From an uncultured Planctomycetota bacterium (GTDB lineage: Bacteria; Planctomycetota; Phycisphaerae; Tepidisphaerales; Tepidisphaeraceae): DNA of 64,000 bases. The notes beneath the pieces are model-generated. The model saw nothing but the letters and a program-made list of their open reading frames with translations. It did no database searches and was not told where the DNA came from. The translations under genes were made by a program, and so were the position numbers. This document shows, one piece after another, positions 58,766 through 64,000 of the stretch. Position 1 is the stretch's first letter. Each line of letters begins with the position of its first letter. The stretch covers positions 1,088,001-1,152,000 of the forward strand of contig CAWJEN010000005.1 of the NCBI GenBank assembly GCA_963841915.1, read 5' to 3'.

Positions 58766-60169
58766 ATGTCTCAGCCGCTCGACTACGCCACGCCCGCCAT
58801 ACGTGCCAGGAGGCCGTTGTGGGAGCTGCTCGTGCTGGCCTTGCCGACGGTGGCGCAGATGGCGAGCTACAACGCGACGCAGTTCACCGACACGTACATG
58901 CTGAGCAAGCTCGGCAACGTCGAGGCGACGGCCAGCGGCAATGCCGGGCTGCTGGGTTTTGCGCTCATCAGCCTGGGATTCGGAACGATGTGGGTCGTTA
59001 ATACGCTCGTCAGCCAGGCTTTCGGTCGCGGCGACCATCGGGCGTGCGGACAGCATCTGTGGGCAGGGGTGTGGGTGGGTGTGGCGTACGGGTTGTTGGT
59101 GTTGCCGTTCGCCTTGCTGTCGCGGTCGACGTTTGCGCTGCTTGGGCACGAACAGGCGCTGGCGGAGTTCCAGGCGACGTACCTCAACATCGTCCTGACG
59201 TTCACGAGCGTCCGACTCGCTGCGGCGGCGGCGGGGCAGTTCCTGCTGGCGACTGGCAGGCCCGGTCGTGTCCTGCTGGCGGCGGTGGTCGGTGCCTCGA
59301 CGAATGTGCTGATGAATTACGCGCTCATCTGGGGGCACTTCGGTTTGCCCGAAATGGGCTTGGCCGGCGCGGCGTGGGCGGCCAATATCGGCTCAACGGT
59401 CGAGTTTCTACTACTGGCGGGCTTCTGCCTCATGCCGACGGTGCGGCAGACGTACTTCGTGCTCGACTGGCGACCAAGGTGGCGGCGGGTCAAGACGCTG
59501 CTGCGGGTCGGGCTGCCGTCAGGTGGTCAGATGGTGGCCGACGTGCTGGCGTGGAGCGTGTTCGGCCTGTGGGTCATGGCGGCGTTCGGCACCGCGGGCA
59601 TGGCAGCCAACACCTTCATGATGCGGTACATGTCCGCCAGCTTCATGCCCGCCTTCGGACTCAGTGCGGCGGTGACGGCCTTGGTCGGTCGCAACATCGG
59701 CAGAGGTCAGCCGGACGTGGCGGTGGAGCGGGCGAGGCTCGGTTTCGTCGTCGCCGCGACGTTCATGCTGCTGTGCGGGGTCTTTTTCCTCGTCTATGGC
59801 AAGGTGCTCATCGGCGTCTTCACGGACGACCCTGAGATTCTTGCGATGGGTGCACTCTTGATGAAGTTTGCCGCCGCCTACCAGTTCTTCGACGCGTTGT
59901 ACATTGTTTACGTCGGGGCGTTGCGTGGTGCGGGCGACACCCTCGTGCCTGCCATCGCGACGGCGGGCTTGTGCTGGCTGTTTGTCGTCCTCATCGGCGG
60001 TTATATTGCGTACGAGCAGACGCAGCTTGGCGTTGCCGGCCCGTGGACGGTGGCGACGATCTACGGCGTGCTGCTGGGCCTGTTCATGTGGCTTCGTTTC
60101 AGGGCCGGCGGTTGGCGGAGCATTCGTCTGGACGCGGGAGACGAGCCAGGCGGATACGCTGCGGTATGA
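58766..60169 (+). CDS. MATE family efflux transporter
   Basis: LALP, DTYM..KLG, VSQAFG, NYALIWG.FGLPEMG.AGAA, GALRGAGDT. Confidence 0.93.
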   Translation: MSQPLDYATPAIRARRPLWELLVLALPTVAQMASYNATQFTDTYMLSKLGNVEATASGNAGLLGFALISLGFGTMWVVNTLVSQAFGRGDHRACGQHLWAGVWVGVAYGLLVLPFALLSRSTFALLGHEQALAEFQATYLNIVLTFTSVRLAAAAAGQFLLATGRPGRVLLAAVVGASTNVLMNYALIWGHFGLPEMGLAGAAWAANIGSTVEFLLLAGFCLMPTVRQTYFVLDWRPRWRRVKTLLRVGLPSGGQMVADVLAWSVFGLWVMAAFGTAGMAANTFMMRYMSASFMPAFGLSAAVTALVGRNIGRGQPDVAVERARLGFVVAATFMLLCGVFFLVYGKVLIGVFTDDPEILAMGALLMKFAAAYQFFDALYIVYVGALRGAGDTLVPAIATAGLCWLFVVLIGGYIAYEQTQLGVAGPWTVATIYGVLLGLFMWLRFRAGGWRSIRLDAGDEPGGYAAV

Positions 60170-63072
60170 GTGACAAGCCCAAGGGCTACAAGGAGACCCT
60201 CAACCTCCCCAAGACCGACTTTCCGATGAAGGCCGCGCTCGTCCAGCGTGAGCCCGAACGGCTCAAGGCGTGGGCGGAGCGTGACCTCTATCAGGAGGTC
60301 CAAGACGCCCACGCTGACGACCCGACCTACACGCTGCACGACGGGCCCCCGTTCGCCAACGGCGACATCCACCTGGGTCACCTCATCAACAAGGTGCTCA
60401 AAGACGTCGTCCTGCGCTACCAGACGATGAAGGGGCACAAGACCCCATATGTGCCCGGCTGGGACTGTCACGGCCTGCCGATCGAGCACCAGATCCAGCA
60501 GAAGCTCGGGCCCAAGCTGCGCGAAATGGAGACGCTGACGGTCCGCCGGCTGTGCAAGGAGCACGCTGAAAAATTCATCAAGCGGCAAAGCGAGCAGTTC
60601 CAGCGCCTCGGCATCCTCGGTGACTGGGAGCACCCGTATGCGACGATGACGCCCGATTACGAGGCAGCATCGCTGGAGGTCTTCGCACAGTTCGTCGCCA
60701 AGGGACTTGTCTACAAGAAGCTCAAGCCGGTCCAGTGGTCGATCGCCAATCAGACCGCGCTCGCCGACGCGGAGCTCGAGTACCAGCTCAAGACCGATCC
60801 GAGCGTTTTCGTCGAGTTTCCGGCCTTCAATCCAGGCGCTGCTAAAGGCGTGCTGGGGCTACGCGAGCCGGGCAAGCTCAACTTCCTGATCTGGACGACG
60901 ACGCCTTGGACGCTGCCGGCGAACCTGGCAATCGCGGTGAATGCTGGCGTCGCGTACGACGTCGTCAAGTACGAGCGGACGGGCGACAGTCACCCACGGA
61001 TGGCGGTCGTGGCCAGCGCGTTGCGTGAGGCCGTCTTTGCCGCCGGCGGCAGCAAGGGAGCGCCACCGACGGACGCCGACGCCGACGACTGGAAGGGCAC
61101 CAAGTCCTTTTTCTCTGGTGAGAAGTCGATCGAGCACGAAGTCATCGCGACCGTCACCGGCGAGCAGCTGGTCGGCCTCGAGTACGGCCACCCATTCGTG
61201 CCCGACCGTGTCGGCAAGATCGTCGCCGCCGACTACGTCACGACGACCGACGGCACCGGCCTCGTCCATACCGCACCGGGCCACGGCGAAGACGACTACG
61301 AAACCGGCCGCAAGAACGGCCTCGACGTCTATTGCCCCGTCGACGCCGCCGGCAAATATGATTCGACCGTACCGCCCTTCGTCGCGGGGCTGGGCGTCTT
61401 CGAAGCCAATCCGATCATCGTCGAGCGACTCGCCGACGACGGAGCGTTGTTCGCTCACCAGGATCTCGTCCACAAGTACCCGCACGACTGGCGGAGCAAG
61501 ACGCCGACGATCTACCGGGCGACGGAGCAGTGGTTCATTGCCCTCGATGAGCCGTTTGACGGCAAGTCGATGCGCGAACGGGCGATCGAGGCGGCTGAGG
61601 CGACGACCTTTCACCCTGCGTGGGGCCGTCAACGGCTGCTGGCGATGCTGCAAGGTCGCCCTGACTGGTGCATCAGTCGTCAGCGGTCGTGGGGCCTGCC
61701 GATCCCGGTCTTCTACAACGCGTCGGGCGAGCCCCTGCTCACGCCTGAGAGCGTCAAGGCCGTCAGCAAGTGCTTTGCCGAGCACGGCAGCGACGCCTGG
61801 TGGAAGCTGTCACCGGCCGAGCTGCTCGGCGAACTTGACACCGGCTCAGACTTCCCGAAGGACAAGCTCCGCAAAGAGAGCGACATTTTCGACGTCTGGT
61901 TCGAGTCGGGCAGCTCGTGGCACGCGGTGCTCGACGCCCGGGAGTCGCTTGGCCAGCCGGCGGACCTGTACCTCGAAGGCTCCGACCAACACCGCGGCTG
62001 GTTCCAGCTCAGCCTCCTCTCCAGCCTCGGCGGACAGGCGAAGGCACCGTTCAAGCAGGTCCTGACGCACGGCTTCATCGTCAAACCCGACGGCAAGAAG
62101 GTCTCCAAGAGCGACCCCGAATACGTCACCGCGATGGATGAGGTCAAGACGCACGGGGCCGACCTGCTGCGGCTGTGGACGTGCAGCGTCGACTATCAAG
62201 GCGACGTGCGGGCCAGCCCCGACATCCTCGCCAAGTTCGGCGACGAGTATCGAAAGATCCGCAACACGCTGCGGTTTCTGCTGGGCAACGTCAAAGACAT
62301 CGCCCTTGACGAGGGTGACCTCGTCGACCTCAAGAAGATCCCAGCGAGCAGCCTCGACGGCTGGATGCTCAACGAGCTGAACAAGCTCATCAGAGACGTT
62401 ACCGGGGCGATGGACGCGTTCATGTTCCATCACGCCTACCGGCTTCTCAGAGACTTCTGCACGGTGCAGGTCAGCCAGATCTACGGCAACGCGATGAAGG
62501 ATCGCCTGTATTGCGAGCTGCCGGAGGCACCGAGCCGTCGCCGGACGCAGACGGTGCAATGGTTGGTCGCTGACGCGCTGATTCGGATGGTTGCCCCGAT
62601 GCTTGTCTTCACGGCTGACGAGGCTTGGAGCAGCTTCATGAACGACGTTGATGGCTTTGAGGGTGTAAAATTACCAAGTGTCCACGCGGTCCAATGGCCG
62701 ACAGCTTCGGAGGCACCAACGAGCGACGCCTGGCCGCTGCTCATGAAGCTGCGCGATAGCGCCCTGGTCCAGCTCGACACGCTCAAGAAGGACGTCGGCC
62801 TCAACAAAGCCACTGACGCTGAAGTCGTCTACACGCTGACCCCAGACGATCGCAAGCTGCTCGAACCCTTCGGCGTCGACCTCGCCGACGTCGTCGGCGC
62901 TGGCTGGCACTCCATTAAAGACGGTGACAAGACGTCGGTTCAAGTCGTCGATCGCCGTGAGGATTGGCAGCTTTGTGCCCGCAGTCGCAAGCGGACGCCT
63001 GACGTCGGCAGCGATGTGAGTCACCCAGACCTCTCGAAGCGGGACGCAGCCGTCGTTGCGGCCTTAGCTTGA
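60166..63072 (+). CDS. ileS: Isoleucine--tRNA ligase
   Basis: YKETLNLPKTDFPMKA, HDGPPFANGDIHLGH, GWDCHGLPIE, WTTTPWT, DWCISRQR, EGSDQHRGWF, KVSKS. Confidence 0.98.
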   Translation: MSDKPKGYKETLNLPKTDFPMKAALVQREPERLKAWAERDLYQEVQDAHADDPTYTLHDGPPFANGDIHLGHLINKVLKDVVLRYQTMKGHKTPYVPGWDCHGLPIEHQIQQKLGPKLREMETLTVRRLCKEHAEKFIKRQSEQFQRLGILGDWEHPYATMTPDYEAASLEVFAQFVAKGLVYKKLKPVQWSIANQTALADAELEYQLKTDPSVFVEFPAFNPGAAKGVLGLREPGKLNFLIWTTTPWTLPANLAIAVNAGVAYDVVKYERTGDSHPRMAVVASALREAVFAAGGSKGAPPTDADADDWKGTKSFFSGEKSIEHEVIATVTGEQLVGLEYGHPFVPDRVGKIVAADYVTTTDGTGLVHTAPGHGEDDYETGRKNGLDVYCPVDAAGKYDSTVPPFVAGLGVFEANPIIVERLADDGALFAHQDLVHKYPHDWRSKTPTIYRATEQWFIALDEPFDGKSMRERAIEAAEATTFHPAWGRQRLLAMLQGRPDWCISRQRSWGLPIPVFYNASGEPLLTPESVKAVSKCFAEHGSDAWWKLSPAELLGELDTGSDFPKDKLRKESDIFDVWFESGSSWHAVLDARESLGQPADLYLEGSDQHRGWFQLSLLSSLGGQAKAPFKQVLTHGFIVKPDGKKVSKSDPEYVTAMDEVKTHGADLLRLWTCSVDYQGDVRASPDILAKFGDEYRKIRNTLRFLLGNVKDIALDEGDLVDLKKIPASSLDGWMLNELNKLIRDVTGAMDAFMFHHAYRLLRDFCTVQVSQIYGNAMKDRLYCELPEAPSRRRTQTVQWLVADALIRMVAPMLVFTADEAWSSFMNDVDGFEGVKLPSVHAVQWPTASEAPTSDAWPLLMKLRDSALVQLDTLKKDVGLNKATDAEVVYTLTPDDRKLLEPFGVDLADVVGAGWHSIKDGDKTSVQVVDRREDWQLCARSRKRTPDVGSDVSHPDLSKRDAAVVAALA

Positions 63073-63181
63073 AGGATTGGCAGCATGAATAGGGCGGAGC
63101 AGAAACTTCTCCCCGCAACCCGACCGCCGCCGATGCATTCCGTAAGATGAGTGTCCACCTGGCCGTTCCTACGGAAGCCTT

Positions 63182-64000
63182 ATGTCCAGCCCAGTCCTGC
63201 CGCCGACGAATGACCGTGTCTCGCCGGGCGGGCTCATCGACGCCCTGGAGCGGCTCCGCTTTCGGGCGATGTCTCTCAGCGTCGGATATGGCATCGGGCT
63301 TGTCGTCGCTGCTGCCTGCGGTGCGATCCTTATCGGCGGGCTCGTCGACTGGCTGCTTCAGCTCCCGGCAGTCCCGCGACTCCTGGGCCTGATCGTCACG
63401 CTGGCAGGCCTCAGCTATCTCGCCTATCGCACAATCTGGCTTCCGGCGACGACGAAGACCGGTCTCGGCGATGTCGCCGGACGCGTTGAAGAGCGATTTC
63501 CAGCCTTTGAAGATCGCCTGCGGAGCAGCGTCAGCTTCTTGGGTGACGGCCACGCGATGCCGGCCGATCCTTACGAGCGGCAAACGATCGAGCAGGCGGG
63601 TGACCTTGCCGCCGACGTGCGTTGGTCGGACGTTCTGCAAGGCAAGCCCGCTGCCAAAACGCTCGCAGCAGCAGCAGCCGGCGTCATTCTGCTCGTCTTG
63701 TTGGCCGTGCTGCTGGGGCCGCTGGCCAACACGGTTGCCGGTCGACTCTTCGACCCGCTGAATCCGTCGCATCAATGGCCACGCAAGTACGCAGTCGCTC
63801 CGATTCAGCTGCCCGAGAAACACGCCGCCGGCCGTCCGCTCACCGTCACCGCGCGGCTCGACAAGGGCGACGCCTCGCGGATCACACCCGTCGTTCGGTA
63901 TCGCATCGGTGACAACGGCCAGGTCCGCCAGGCACTCATGGTCGCAGACGATGACGGCGTCTTCACTGCGCTTATTGATCCGCGACTGGCCGACGGCAGC
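63182..64000 (+). CDS. Membrane protein, DUF4175-like planctomycete family (partial, runs off window)
   Basis: Manual translation MSSPVLPP...LIDALERLRFR...LVDWLL.LP..PR...VEERFPAFEDRLRSSV; open to the window end. Confidence 0.65.
   Translation, partial: MSSPVLPPTNDRVSPGGLIDALERLRFRAMSLSVGYGIGLVVAAACGAILIGGLVDWLLQLPAVPRLLGLIVTLAGLSYLAYRTIWLPATTKTGLGDVAGRVEERFPAFEDRLRSSVSFLGDGHAMPADPYERQTIEQAGDLAADVRWSDVLQGKPAAKTLAAAAAGVILLVLLAVLLGPLANTVAGRLFDPLNPSHQWPRKYAVAPIQLPEKHAAGRPLTVTARLDKGDASRITPVVRYRIGDNGQVRQALMVADDDGVFTALIDPRLADGS

Noticed and set aside
1..64000. tRNA, rRNA, tmRNA or known riboswitch
   Set aside because: No cloverleaf, T-loop signature or recognisable Rfam-type motif found by eye; a covariance-model search would be needed to exclude them.

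Overview
High-GC bacterial chromosome segment, most likely Planctomycetota (Phycisphaerae/Tepidisphaerales-like). This is inferred from the LEPRxLL-type secretion leaders, PEP-CTERM proteins, DUF2617 and a planctomycete-type RpoZ. It carries many housekeeping genes (hpt partial, rpoZ, metF, trxA, xerC, dnaX, rho, coaE, polA, xseA, guaB, ychF, ileS) and a type IV pilus ATPase cluster (pilB-pilT-pilB). Four perfect parS palindromes (TGTTCCACGTGGAACA) suggest the window is origin-proximal; they sit as two pairs inside a shared, spacing-conserved cassette. dnaX has an A9 run with stops immediately downstream in both shifted frames, a likely tau/gamma slippage site. Two accessory islands (about 28.0-38.9 kb and 49.2-55.0 kb) share a parts list: a predicted nuclease or restriction gene (MmeI-like type IIL R-M; DUF4268), an FN3-like gene or its remnant, a paralogous extended GNAT acetyltransferase, and a large LEPRxLL secreted protein. 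Island 1 also has two degenerate 21-bp arrays, and both islands have REP-like hairpins. This recurring module is the best candidate for an undescribed system. Several single-base frameshifts cluster at 22.8-29.7 kb and are probably assembly errors. No rRNA, tRNA or CRISPR array was seen.
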